The notes under the pieces are model-generated. The model saw only the letters and a program-made list of their open reading frames with translations. It ran no database searches and was not told the origin of the DNA. The translations under genes and the position numbers were made by a program. This document shows, in pieces, positions 1 through 9,640 of a DNA stretch of 64,000 nt. The stretch's first letter is position 1. Each line of letters begins with the position of its first letter. Origin of the DNA: Clostridiales bacterium (GTDB lineage: Bacteria > Bacillota > Clostridia > Tissierellales > GPF-1); contig JABXKS010000002.1 in assembly GCA_013619125.1 (NCBI GenBank), forward strand, positions 11,511-75,510. The letters run 5' to 3'.

Positions 1-2
1 TC

Positions 3-542
3 TTATCGGGAGAATGGGAGTTGGGATTCTTTCCATTTGTTCTGTTTTCCGTATTTGTTTTTCTTGCTACAGTGAATAGCGTGAATTTAACAGATGGGGT
101 AGATGGACTTTCAACTAGTGTGACCATAGTGGTCTTACTCGCATTCTATTTGATAGGCATCAAGTTGACGATCGGTGCTGAACTTGGGGTTATGATGCTG
201 GCGACCGTGGGAAGTTTGCTCGGTTTTTTGGTCTTCAATCGATATCCCGCCCGCGTATTTATGGGGGATCTTGGTTCCTTGGGACTGGGGGGTGCCGTTT
301 CTGTGCTGGCGTTATTAGCGGGCTTGCAGTGGTGGATTCCCATAGTCGGTTGCATCTATTTCGCTGAAGCGCTGTCGGTGATCATTCAAGTGGTTTCCTT
401 TAAAACGCGGGGTAAACGGGTATTTCGGATGAGTCCGATTCATCATCATTTTGAGTTGGGCGGTATGACGGAAAATCAAATCGTAATTCGGTTTGTTTTG
501 ATTACACTTTTTGCAGGAATGATCGGATATTGGGCATTATAG
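3..542 (+). CDS. mraY: phospho-N-acetylmuramoyl-pentapeptide transferase, C-terminal part (5' end outside window)
   Basis: Motifs NSVNLTDGVDGL, FMGDLGSLGLG and PIHHHFE; frame is open from base 3; lies upstream of murD. Confidence 0.95.
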   Translation, partial: LSGEWELGFFPFVLFSVFVFLATVNSVNLTDGVDGLSTSVTIVVLLAFYLIGIKLTIGAELGVMMLATVGSLLGFLVFNRYPARVFMGDLGSLGLGGAVSVLALLAGLQWWIPIVGCIYFAEALSVIIQVVSFKTRGKRVFRMSPIHHHFELGGMTENQIVIRFVLITLFAGMIGYWAL

Positions 543-551
543 GGGGTTGAC

Positions 552-1886
552 ATGAGATACGCAGCGGTGATTGGATATGGAAAAAACGGCCAGGCTAATG
601 TAGAAGCCTTGCTTCATATGGGCTATCAAGTACGCGTTTATGACGATAGCCCAATTTCATTATCTGACTCGGATGGCGATTCTTCGGCGGTGGTATGGAC
701 GGGGAAGCAAATTCCTGACGAGCTGGAAGTTGTGATTAAAAGTCCTGGGATTCGAATGGATCATTCCTTGATCCAACGATTGATTCAGGCGAATATTCCG
801 GTTGTTACTGACGTGGAATTCTTTCAAACGAATTTTGATTTTCCTGTTGTCGGAATTACGGGGACCAATGGAAAGACTACGACTACGACGTTGGTAGGAG
901 AAATTTTTAGACAAGCGAAAAAAGAAGCCTGTGTGGCAGGAAATATCGGAGTTGGCATTTTGCCGTGTGCGGTTCACGCAAAGGAAGGTACCTGGTTTGT
1001 CTTGGAATTGAGCAGCTTTCAATTGGAGTCGTGTGCACATTTTCAGCCGAAAATATCGACTATTATCAATCTGCGCCCCGATCATTTGGCGTGGCATGGT
1101 GGATATGAAGCATATAAGGCGGCAAAAATAAAGATCTGGGCAAATGCTTCCTCTGACGATATCATTGTAGTGAATCAAGACGAACCGGAGCTTGTAGCAG
1201 TAGGAAGAGAATCAAAAGCAAAAATAATTGGTTTTTCCATCGAAAAAGAGTTGGAAGAAGGATGTTTTCTACGTGACAATGCTTTGGTGTATCGTGAAAA
1301 TGGAAGCACGGTAGTCATTGCGAAACTCGATGAGATTCCCTTAAAGGGACGGCACAATTATCAAAACTTAGCCGTTGCCGTTGCCCTGAGCCGTCAGGCT
1401 GGGGTGGGATTTGATCCGATACGAAAGGCGATTCTTTCTTTTCGTGGGATTTCCCACCGATTTGAATGGCTGGGCATGCATGGAAAGCGTGGTTTTTTCA
1501 ATGATTCCAAGGGGACCAACACAGAAGCTAGCGTGGCTGCCGTTCAGGCTGTGGTAGGACGGAAAGTGCTGATTGGCGGGGGATACGACAAGGGTGAGGA
1601 ATTCGGTGAGTTCTTTGAAGTCTGTCATCGCAACCAAGTGCATACAGTAGTGTTAATGGGCGAGACTGCTCCGAAGATGAAAGAGGCTGCAAAACGAGCG
1701 GGAATTTTGACGATTTTGGATGCTTCAAATCTAAAAGAGGCGGTTGCGTTGTCCATGGAGAATTCTCAAGAAGATGATTGGATTTTGTTGTCACCGGCTT
1801 GTGCAAGCTGGGATCAATATAAAAGTTATGAAGAACGAGGAGAAATTTTCCGTCAGGTTGTGATGCAAATTGAAGAAACTGATTAA
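552..1886 (+). CDS. murD: UDP-N-acetylmuramoyl-L-alanine--D-glutamate ligase
   Basis: GITGTNGKTTTT P-loop, ELSSFQLE, NDSKGTN, LLSPACASWDQY..YEERGE; dcw position. Confidence 0.96.
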   Translation: MRYAAVIGYGKNGQANVEALLHMGYQVRVYDDSPISLSDSDGDSSAVVWTGKQIPDELEVVIKSPGIRMDHSLIQRLIQANIPVVTDVEFFQTNFDFPVVGITGTNGKTTTTTLVGEIFRQAKKEACVAGNIGVGILPCAVHAKEGTWFVLELSSFQLESCAHFQPKISTIINLRPDHLAWHGGYEAYKAAKIKIWANASSDDIIVVNQDEPELVAVGRESKAKIIGFSIEKELEEGCFLRDNALVYRENGSTVVIAKLDEIPLKGRHNYQNLAVAVALSRQAGVGFDPIRKAILSFRGISHRFEWLGMHGKRGFFNDSKGTNTEASVAAVQAVVGRKVLIGGGYDKGEEFGEFFEVCHRNQVHTVVLMGETAPKMKEAAKRAGILTILDASNLKEAVALSMENSQEDDWILLSPACASWDQYKSYEERGEIFRQVVMQIEETD

Positions 1887-2979
1887 TCGAAAAAAAATGG
1901 ATTGGATGATTGTCATCCTAGTTGCCATTCTATCAATTCTTGGGGTTGTCATGGTTTATAGTGCCAGCGTGCCTACAGCCTTGATTCAAAAAAATGGGGA
2001 TGTATATTTTTTTATTTCTCGTCATTTGAAGTTTTTGGGTTTGGGCGTACTCTTGTTCTTCGTGGCAAGCCGAATTCATTATCGGGTGTACGAGCGGGTT
2101 TCTATTTTGTTGTACATGGCTTCAATTGGTCTTGTTTTGTTGACGCTTTTTTCCCCACTGGGGAAAGAAGTAAATGGATCGAGACGATTTTTGGAGCTCT
2201 TTGGATATCGTTTGATGCCGGTTGAGTTCGTTAAAGTGGGTGCTATTCTTTACTATGCGAAATTTTTATCAACATGTGAGTTCAAAAGTTTCTTGAAAGA
2301 AACCTTGCCGGCTTTGCTTTTGATCGCTGTGACTGCGGGATTGATTTTATTTCAGGATGATCTAAGCAGCACCTTGACAGTGGCGGCGACCATGTTTGTG
2401 ATGTTGATTTGTGCTGGTTTACGGTTGCGCGACCTATTTTTTTCCATCGTTGTGGGCGCGGGCGCGGTTGGAGCGGTGTTTTATCGGGCATTTATTAGTG
2501 GATCTTATCAATGGAAGCGAGTGGATGCGTGGCTTCATCAGGACGAATATTTAGGAACATTGAATTATCAGTTGAGACAATCCCTGTACGCTTACGCCCA
2601 TGGCAGTTTGACAGGCGTGGGTATTGGACAAGGGATTCAAAAATATTATTACCTACCATATCCATATAACGATTTTATCTTTTCTGTTTTGGCCGAAGAG
2701 CTTGGATTTATTGGCGCAATCTCCACGATTTTTGTATATGGGCTGTTTATTTGGGCGGGGCTAAAAATTGCCATGCGTACGCAAAATACGTATGGTGCAC
2801 TTTTAGCCATTGGAATCACAGCACTTTATGCCTTTCAGACCATCATTCATATTGGGGTGGGAACAGGACTGTTGCCCAACACCGGGGTAGTATTGCCATT
2901 GATTAGTTATGGCGGGACGGCATTGATCACCTTCCTGTCAATGGCGGGGATTTTGGTCAGTATTTCGATCAGCGAATAA
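1870..2979 (+). CDS. ftsW: SEDS peptidoglycan glycosyltransferase (FtsW/SpoVE family)
   Basis: Multi-TM protein with MVYSAS, LPYPYNDFIF (catalytic Asp) and TGVVLPLISYGG; between murD and murG; start is TTG 1870 or ATG 1897. Confidence 0.92.
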   Translation: MKKLINRKKMDWMIVILVAILSILGVVMVYSASVPTALIQKNGDVYFFISRHLKFLGLGVLLFFVASRIHYRVYERVSILLYMASIGLVLLTLFSPLGKEVNGSRRFLELFGYRLMPVEFVKVGAILYYAKFLSTCEFKSFLKETLPALLLIAVTAGLILFQDDLSSTLTVAATMFVMLICAGLRLRDLFFSIVVGAGAVGAVFYRAFISGSYQWKRVDAWLHQDEYLGTLNYQLRQSLYAYAHGSLTGVGIGQGIQKYYYLPYPYNDFIFSVLAEELGFIGAISTIFVYGLFIWAGLKIAMRTQNTYGALLAIGITALYAFQTIIHIGVGTGLLPNTGVVLPLISYGGTALITFLSMAGILVSISISE

Positions 2980-2988
2980 GGGGGAACC

Positions 2989-4062
2989 ATGCGGTATATC
3001 ATTAGTGGCGGCGGAACGGGCGGACATATTTATCCGGCTCTGGCGCTTGTGGAAGAAATTCAGAAGCAAGATCAAGAGGCAGAGATCCTATATGTGGGTA
3101 CGCCGAACGGATTGGAAAAAGAGTTGGCTGAGGCGAAAGGAATTGCGTATCATGGGATTCCCGTTCAGGGCTTCAGAAGAAAATTAACAGTACAGACGAT
3201 AAAAACTGCATTGGTATTGGTGAAGGGAATTTTTGGCGCTTTTTCTGTTATGCGGTCCTTTAAGCCGGATGTTGTGATTGGAACCGGGGGCTATGTGAGT
3301 GGGCCGATCGTGATGATGGGAACCCTGTTTCCTGGCGTCTTTACGGCGATTCAAGAACAAAACGCGTATCCAGGGGTTACCAATCGTATTTTAGCCAGAC
3401 GGGTGAACCTTGTGTTTACAGCTTTTCAGGAAAGCCATAAATGGTTGAAAAAAGCAAGGGAAATTCGTTTGGTCGGAAATCCAGTCAGGAAGGCTTTTTA
3501 TGAGGCGAAAGGACGAGAATCAAATGAATTTCGCGTTCTTTCCTTCGGTGGTTCTGGGGGGCAAACCTCACTAAATCAAGCAATTATTGCTCTTTTTTCA
3601 CAGACAAAAATTGATTTCAACTGGACCCATGCGACGGGGATAAGACATTACGATGCCTTTGTTCAAGAAGTGGGTCAACTGTCTGATGGGATTCAAGTTC
3701 ACGCCTACTTGCCGGAAATTTTTGAGGATATGGTGAATTCGGATCTGGTAATAACGGGTGCAGGCGCCATCACGATCGCTGAGTTGCAAGCCTTGGGGAA
3801 AGCCTCAATTTTAATTCCGAAGGCATACACGACGGAATATCATCAGTTTTTCAACGCGAAAGCCATGGCGGACGCGGGCGCCAGTTTGATGTGCGAAGAG
3901 AAGGATTTAACGGGTCAATGGCTATTGGAAGCAGTGGAAAAATTACGAAGTGATTCGGATTTGCGACAGAAGATGGAGAACCTTTCTCATGAAATGTCGA
4001 ATCCGCTGGTGACGCAAGAAATATTTCAATTGATTTGGGAGCGGGTGAAACATGGTGAGTAG
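2989..4062 (+). CDS. murG: undecaprenyldiphospho-muramoylpentapeptide GlcNAc transferase
   Basis: GGGTGGHIYP, GTGGYVSGP, QEQNAYPG.TN, GNPVR, GGSGG. Confidence 0.97.
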   Translation: MRYIISGGGTGGHIYPALALVEEIQKQDQEAEILYVGTPNGLEKELAEAKGIAYHGIPVQGFRRKLTVQTIKTALVLVKGIFGAFSVMRSFKPDVVIGTGGYVSGPIVMMGTLFPGVFTAIQEQNAYPGVTNRILARRVNLVFTAFQESHKWLKKAREIRLVGNPVRKAFYEAKGRESNEFRVLSFGGSGGQTSLNQAIIALFSQTKIDFNWTHATGIRHYDAFVQEVGQLSDGIQVHAYLPEIFEDMVNSDLVITGAGAITIAELQALGKASILIPKAYTTEYHQFFNAKAMADAGASLMCEEKDLTGQWLLEAVEKLRSDSDLRQKMENLSHEMSNPLVTQEIFQLIWERVKHGE

Positions 4063-4786
4063 AATCAGAGAGGTGTCGAGTTGGATTGTGATCGGGATAG
4101 TAGTTTTCATTTTATTGGGATTGCTCAGTTATCAATATCTTGTTTTTGGCGTTGACACCATTGTGATTCAAGGGGAAGACCAGCTCACAGAAGAGGAAAT
4201 ATTGGCGGCCGCTCATGTGGACGTGCAGCAAATGCTTTGGAACATAGACATTGAGCAGGTGGAAACCAACTTGTCGAACCTGCCTTGGGTGCAATCGACT
4301 TTGGTCAAACGAAGTTTGCCTGGTCAGCTTGAAATCAAGATAGCAGAGCGAATCGCTAGGTACCGGGTGAAACTGAGTGACGAGAGAGTGGTTTTATTGG
4401 ATGAAGAAGGTGTCTTTTTGGATTATTCGAAACCGGAAGATTATTGGGGTGGGGATACAGAGAGTATGGATGTGCCTTTGGAATTTGATTTTGGGACAAT
4501 GCCAAGCAACCTTTCACCGGAACGGTGGACATGTTTCATGGAAATATTGAATTGGAAAGATACGCTTGTTGGCGAAACTGCATTTCGGGTCACAAAATTG
4601 ACGGAACAAGAGATGGAATTTTGGCTGACAAAGCGATTGAAAGTTGAAGTGATTGATATGACGGATGGTCCATATATTGTTGATATGCTTGCGAGAATTG
4701 TCAGTGACTTGTCACTGAAAGGGATATCGGCGGGAACCATTCAACTAGAGGCTGGCTATGACGCCAGATTTATGCAAGAAGAGTAG
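4052..4786 (+). CDS. ftsQ: cell division protein FtsQ/DivIB
   Basis: One N-terminal TM helix, then POTRA-like segment (LPWVQSTLVKRSLPGQLEIKIAER); after murG. Confidence 0.8.
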   Translation: MVSRIREVSSWIVIGIVVFILLGLLSYQYLVFGVDTIVIQGEDQLTEEEILAAAHVDVQQMLWNIDIEQVETNLSNLPWVQSTLVKRSLPGQLEIKIAERIARYRVKLSDERVVLLDEEGVFLDYSKPEDYWGGDTESMDVPLEFDFGTMPSNLSPERWTCFMEILNWKDTLVGETAFRVTKLTEQEMEFWLTKRLKVEVIDMTDGPYIVDMLARIVSDLSLKGISAGTIQLEAGYDARFMQEE

Positions 4787-4794
4787 GTGAGGCT

Positions 4795-5490
4795 ATGAAG
4801 AAACGATGGATTGAAGGATTGATCATAGGTGTGATCTGTGTGGTAGGAGTGCGCGTTGCTTCTCACATGGAAATCGAACAACGATACCCCTATGGGAATG
4901 AGGCTCTGTTGCAGCAGATTCAAACATTGAAGAAAGAATTGCAGCAGCAATCGGAAACCATCACTGTATTGGAAACAGAAAATGGATTTTTACGGGATCG
5001 AACCAAGTCGAGTGATGAAATTGTCAACCAATATATTGAAACCATTGATCACCTTGAGCTGAAACTGGGATATACACAGGCAAAAGGACCAGGTGTGGAG
5101 GTACGGATTCAAGAAGATAATCTTTATCCCAATATGAGTGTTTTGGCAGAGAATACCGAGATTTTACATGATGTGATCAGCTATTTGAATGTTGCTGACG
5201 CGGAGGCCATTGAGATCAATGGAGAACGATATACGGCGAGAACGGAAATCCTGAAAGTCGGTTCCCATATCAATATCAATGGAATTTCCATTGGGAGTCC
5301 GATCGTGATTCGTGCCATTGGAGATCCTGATAAATTGGCGGCTGCCTTGGATTTGAAGGGCGGAATCATCTTTGCCATTGAGAATTATTTGGGACTGGAA
5401 GTCGTGGTTGAAAAGCAAGAGGAAATGATCTTGAAAAGTCAGGTCTCCCGTGAATCCAGTCGATTTATAAGGGGTGTTGACGATGAATGA
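4795..5490 (+). CDS. DUF881 family protein (YlxX/YlxW-like)
   Basis: TM helix plus coiled coil, then GPGVEV, AEAIEINGER and P.VIRAIGDP..L motifs; position between divIB and sbp. Confidence 0.88.
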   Translation: MKKRWIEGLIIGVICVVGVRVASHMEIEQRYPYGNEALLQQIQTLKKELQQQSETITVLETENGFLRDRTKSSDEIVNQYIETIDHLELKLGYTQAKGPGVEVRIQEDNLYPNMSVLAENTEILHDVISYLNVADAEAIEINGERYTARTEILKVGSHININGISIGSPIVIRAIGDPDKLAAALDLKGGIIFAIENYLGLEVVVEKQEEMILKSQVSRESSRFIRGVDDE

Positions 5491-6160
5491 CAAGAAGAGA
5501 CTTCCGTTGTTTATTGCTTCTTTGATTCTCGGATTTTGCTTATTATGGTTGGTGCGGGTTCAATCGAATCACCTTGAGGAAGAAGAAAAGGCAGAATTGT
5601 TTCGTCTGCAAAACCAAATTACAGTGATTTCGGAGCTCATTCAAACCCGAGAAGATTCGTTATCGGAGCGGGTAGAGATTCTTGCCACATATCAGAGCCT
5701 GACGGACGAAACCGAAACCCTCGCCTATTTGCGCGAGGACTTGCAGCAAAAAAAGATTTTTTCCGGGTCGGAAGCGGTCAAGGGGCCAGGGATCTTGATC
5801 AAGGTGAATGATCGCACCGATAGTGGCGAGCAAGTGGAAATGTTTGATTTGGTTCACAACACGGATATACTCAATATCGTCAATGACCTTCGAGCAGCAG
5901 GCGCAGAAGCGATCAGCATCGAAGGAGAACGGGTGGTCTGGGGATCAAAGATTCAATGCGGTGGACCGATTATTTGGGTAAACGATGAGAGCACAACGGC
6001 TCCCTTTGTGATGAAGGTGATTGGAGACCCTTCTGCTTTGTTTGCGGCAGTTACGGCGCCAAACACCTATACCGATCTTTTGCGATCGGTGTACAATTTG
6101 GAAGTTCGTGTTCGTGTCAGTGAAAATTTGGAGATATTGGGTTATGAGAGGAGGAGGTAA
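5483..6160 (+). CDS. DUF881 family protein (second tandem paralogue)
   Basis: GPGILI, DILNIVNDLRAAGAEAISIEGERV, APFVMKVIGDP. Confidence 0.9.
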   Translation: MNDKKRLPLFIASLILGFCLLWLVRVQSNHLEEEEKAELFRLQNQITVISELIQTREDSLSERVEILATYQSLTDETETLAYLREDLQQKKIFSGSEAVKGPGILIKVNDRTDSGEQVEMFDLVHNTDILNIVNDLRAAGAEAISIEGERVVWGSKIQCGGPIIWVNDESTTAPFVMKVIGDPSALFAAVTAPNTYTDLLRSVYNLEVRVRVSENLEILGYERRR

Positions 6161-6481
6161 ATGAAATATTTGATGCTTGGAATTTTTGCAGGAGGCGTCA
6201 TTGGATATCTGATCCCTCTGGGATGGCCTTTGAATTTTTCTGCGTATTTGGTCGCCTACATTTTGCTTTCCGTCGATGGCATTTTGGGCAGCGTGTTGCA
6301 GCCTGAACTTTCAAAGAAGAACCATGCCTTGATGGCGTTGGGAATGGAGATCCTTCTTTGTACGGGAATTGTCTTTTTGGCGGATCAATTTAATAACTTG
6401 TTGTATCTTGGCGCGTATTTGCCGATTTGCATACGAATGTTTGGGCGAATTCGTTCTTGGACAGAAAACTTGTCTGAATAG
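6161..6481 (+). CDS. sbp: small basic protein family (DUF1290) membrane protein, divergent
   Basis: 106-aa hydrophobic ORF (YLVAYIL..VDGILG, LYLGAYL) at the conserved position after the DUF881 pair. Confidence 0.65.
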   Translation: MKYLMLGIFAGGVIGYLIPLGWPLNFSAYLVAYILLSVDGILGSVLQPELSKKNHALMALGMEILLCTGIVFLADQFNNLLYLGAYLPICIRMFGRIRSWTENLSE

Positions 6482-6572
6482 AAGGATTGTGCTTTCACTT
6501 GGAATACGATAAACTGTATATAGATAAAAAGTTGCTTAAAACTACTAGATCTCGTGATTTTGGAGGTGCGAA

Positions 6573-7754
6573 ATGTTTCAGATAGATTTTGAAAAAGACT
6601 CAAATGCAAAAATTAAAGTGGTAGGTGTCGGTGGCGGCGGAAACAACGCGGTAAACCGAATGATTACTAAGAATCTGCAAGGCGTTGACTTTGTTGCAAT
6701 CAATACGGACATGCAAGCATTAAAGGCATCGGAAGCCGAATTTACTATTCAAATTGGTGAAAAGTTGACCCGCGGCTTGGGTGCGGGTGCAAATCCGGAT
6801 ATTGGACGACAAGCAGCAGAAGAAAGCAGACAGACAATTATGGAATCTATTGAAGGCGCGGACATGGTTTTTATCACCGCTGGGATGGGCGGTGGAACCG
6901 GTACAGGTGCCGCTCCAGTTGTAGCGGGCATCGCGCGCGAAATGGGTATTTTGACTGTGGCAGTCGTAACCAAACCATTTACATTTGAAGGGGCTCGGAG
7001 AATGCGTTTTGCTACTTCGGGGATTGATACATTGATGCAGGCGGTTGATACTTTGGTGACGATTCCAAACGATCGATTATTGGATATCGTAGAACCGAGC
7101 ACCACGATGATGGAAGCCTTTGGGATTGCGGACGAAGTTTTGCATTCCGGCATCAAAGGAATCTCCGATCTGATTGTGGTTCCAGGAATGATCAACTTGG
7201 ATTTTGCCGATGTAAAAACCATTATGGAGAATCAAGGGGTTGCCCATATGGGAATTGGATCAGCAAGCGGAGAAAACCGTGCCATCGAGGCGGTTCGAAA
7301 AGCGATCGAGAGTCCATTGCTTGAAACCACCATTAACGGGGTTTCGGGTGTGCTATTGAATATTTCCGGAGATCAGTTAAGTTTGATGGAAGTCACTCAA
7401 GCTGCGGATCTGGTTCAGCAGGCTGCATCTCCTGATGCGAATATTATCTTTGGAGCGGCGGAAGACAGCAGCTTGAATGGTGAGATCAAGGTGACCATTA
7501 TTGCAACGGGATACCAGGAACAGGAAGATCGAATTTCCAGCAAACCTGCAATTGTTGAAGCAAAGCCGGAACCGGTAGTTGAGGTTAAGGAGCAAGTGAT
7601 TGCACCTGTTGAAGAAGAAATGGCGGAAGAAACTGAACTGAAGCAAGCAGAAGCAGAAGTGGTTGCTCCTGTAGAGGAAATTGAAAAAACGTCTGAGAAG
7701 GATTCAGAGGAAGACACACTAGATATTCCAACGTTTATACGCCAGAACTTTTAA
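6573..7754 (+). CDS. ftsZ: cell division protein FtsZ
   Basis: [13 protein letters not shown], tubulin signature [18 protein letters not shown]-terminal LDIPTFIR. Confidence 0.99.
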   Translation: MFQIDFEKDSNAKIKVVGVGGGGNNAVNRMITKNLQGVDFVAINTDMQALKASEAEFTIQIGEKLTRGLGAGANPDIGRQAAEESRQTIMESIEGADMVFITAGMGGGTGTGAAPVVAGIAREMGILTVAVVTKPFTFEGARRMRFATSGIDTLMQAVDTLVTIPNDRLLDIVEPSTTMMEAFGIADEVLHSGIKGISDLIVVPGMINLDFADVKTIMENQGVAHMGIGSASGENRAIEAVRKAIESPLLETTINGVSGVLLNISGDQLSLMEVTQAADLVQQAASPDANIIFGAAEDSSLNGEIKVTIIATGYQEQEDRISSKPAIVEAKPEPVVEVKEQVIAPVEEEMAEETELKQAEAEVVAPVEEIEKTSEKDSEEDTLDIPTFIRQNF

Positions 7755-7771
7755 TAGGGAGGGAGACGAAA

Positions 7772-8227
7772 ATGAAATGTCCTTTTTGTGATTATTATGA
7801 AACAAAAGTGGTAGATTCGAGACCGACAGAAGAGGGTCATTCGATTCGTCGCCGTCGGGAATGCGTAAAATGCAATCAACGTTTCACGACCTATGAGAAA
7901 ATTGAACATATTCCGATTGTTGTCATCAAAAAAGATGGAACCAGACAGGAATATAATCGAGATAAGATCTTGAACGGATTGATTCGCGCTTGTGAAAAAC
8001 GGCCAGTTTCCGTGAAACAGATGGAGTCGATTGCCGATGAGGTGGAAAAAAATCTGCAGAATTCTTTGAAACGGGAAAGTTCTTCTACAATGATTGGCGA
8101 ATTGGTGATGAATCAGTTGAAGGATTTGGACGAGGTTGCGTATGTTCGCTTCGCATCGGTCTATCGTCAATTTAAGGATTTAAATACCTTTCTTGATGAA
8201 TTGAAAAAGATGTTGGATGAAAAGTAG
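7772..8227 (+). CDS. nrdR: transcriptional repressor NrdR
   Basis: [31 protein letters not shown]-cone, [13 protein letters not shown]. Confidence 0.98.
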   Translation: MKCPFCDYYETKVVDSRPTEEGHSIRRRRECVKCNQRFTTYEKIEHIPIVVIKKDGTRQEYNRDKILNGLIRACEKRPVSVKQMESIADEVEKNLQNSLKRESSSTMIGELVMNQLKDLDEVAYVRFASVYRQFKDLNTFLDELKKMLDEK

Positions 8228-8234
8228 GAGAAAA

Positions 8235-9557
8235 ATGGATTTATTTGGATTTGTGGAACAAAAGAAAATATACCAGCCTTTGGCAGAACGCATGCGTCCG
8301 AATCGGTTGTGTGATTTCCAAGGACAGGAACGTTTAGTTGGTGAAAATTCAGTGTTAAAAAAAGCGATTGATCACGATCAATTGCTTTCTTTAATTTTGT
8401 TTGGACCTCCAGGCACAGGAAAGACAACCCTTGCACGAATTTTGGCTCATGAAACGAAAAAGGCCTTTTTTCGATTGAATGCAGTTACTTCTGGCGTGAA
8501 GGACATTCGTGAAGTGGTTGAAAAGGCGAAGGCGTCCTCGCGGTTTGAAGGGGTTGGAACCATTTTATTTATCGATGAAATCCATCGCTTCAATAAATCG
8601 CAGCAAGACGCGCTCCTGCCATATGTGGAAAATGGCACCGTAGTTTTGATCGGTGCTACGACGGAGAATCCGTATTTTGAAGTCAACAAAGCGTTGATTT
8701 CGCGATCGATCGTTTTGGAGTGTGCACCTTTGGATGACGAAGCCATTCGCAAAATTGTCCGACGAGCGATTCTTGATCAAGATAATGGATTTGGTAGGTT
8801 GCCCATTTTTCTTGAGGATGAGGCATTGGAATATATGATTCAGGTTGCCAACGGAGATGCACGTGTCGCATTGAACCTTTTGGAAATGGGGGTCATGCTT
8901 GCCGAAACGAAGGAAGAGGAAATTCGGATTTCTCTTTCCCTGCTTTCGAACGCGTCACGGAAAAAACCAGTACGGTATGAAAAAAACGGTGACTATCATT
9001 ATGATGTGATCTCCGCCTTTATTAAAAGCATTCGCGGTTCAGATCCAAATGCAGCCTTGTATTGGCTGGCTTTGATGATAGAAGCGGGAGAAGATCCGAA
9101 ATTTATCTGCAGGCGCCTGATGATCAGTGCGTCGGAAGATGTCGGGAATGCGGATCCGCAAGCCATCCAGGTCGCCGTGTCCGTCGCGCAAGGGGTTGAA
9201 CGGATCGGGATGCCGGAGGGTAGGATTTTGTTGGCACAAGCGACAACCTATCTGGCTTCAGCCCCAAAGAGCAATGCGTCTTATCTGGGGATCAATCGAG
9301 CGATTCAAACCGTGCAGAATGAGAAAATTGGCGCGGTTCCCGAACATCTGAGAGATTCAACGGCACGGAGTATGAAATCGCGACATCAGGAAGATCAGGG
9401 ACCGAGCTATCAATATCCTCATTCTTTCGAGAATCATTATGTGGAGCAAGCTTATTTACCATCGTCTTTAGGAGAGGTGAATTTTTACGAACCCACCGAG
9501 CAGGGATATGAAAAAAAGATGAAAACATATTTGAACTTTTTACGAGAAGACGACTAG
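8235..9557 (+). CDS. rarA: replication-associated recombination protein A (MgsA/RarA AAA+ ATPase)
   Basis: PLAERMRP, GPPGTGKTT, FIDEIHRFNKSQQDALLP, ISAFIKSIRGSDPNAA; RBS AGGAG before ATG 8235. Confidence 0.95.
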   Translation: MDLFGFVEQKKIYQPLAERMRPNRLCDFQGQERLVGENSVLKKAIDHDQLLSLILFGPPGTGKTTLARILAHETKKAFFRLNAVTSGVKDIREVVEKAKASSRFEGVGTILFIDEIHRFNKSQQDALLPYVENGTVVLIGATTENPYFEVNKALISRSIVLECAPLDDEAIRKIVRRAILDQDNGFGRLPIFLEDEALEYMIQVANGDARVALNLLEMGVMLAETKEEEIRISLSLLSNASRKKPVRYEKNGDYHYDVISAFIKSIRGSDPNAALYWLALMIEAGEDPKFICRRLMISASEDVGNADPQAIQVAVSVAQGVERIGMPEGRILLAQATTYLASAPKSNASYLGINRAIQTVQNEKIGAVPEHLRDSTARSMKSRHQEDQGPSYQYPHSFENHYVEQAYLPSSLGEVNFYEPTEQGYEKKMKTYLNFLREDD

Positions 9558-9569
9558 GGTCGTCTTTTT
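9547..9569 (+). terminator. intrinsic terminator of rarA
   Basis: Stem AAGACGAC-tagg-GTCGTCTT running into a T tract; overlaps the stop codon. Confidence 0.65.
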
Positions 9570-9571
9570 GC

Positions 9572-9599
9572 TTGAAAAAGACGAAATTTGTGGTATGAT
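9572..9599 (+). promoter_or_regulatory. sigma-A promoter for rseC-csoR
   Basis: TTGAAA-16 nt-TATGAT with TG at the extended -10 position. Confidence 0.65.
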
Positions 9600-9611
9600 A
9601 AGACTGAAATA

Positions 9612-9630
9612 ATACGGTATAGGGGTACCG
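9612..9630 (+). promoter_or_regulatory. putative CsoR/CstR-type operator
   Basis: ATACGGTATAGGGGTACCG: TAC-n9-GTA with a G4 tract, also readable as inverted repeat CGGTA-n6-TACCG; lies between the -10 box and RBS of an operon encoding a CsoR-family repressor. Confidence 0.6.
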
Positions 9631-9640
9631 AAAGGATGAG

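Noticed and set aside
8006-8019. parS-like sequence GTTTCCGTGAAACA in nrdR
   Set aside because: One base short of the 16-bp TGTTTCACGTGAAACA palindrome, so the dyad spacing is broken; explained by codons for PVSVKQ.
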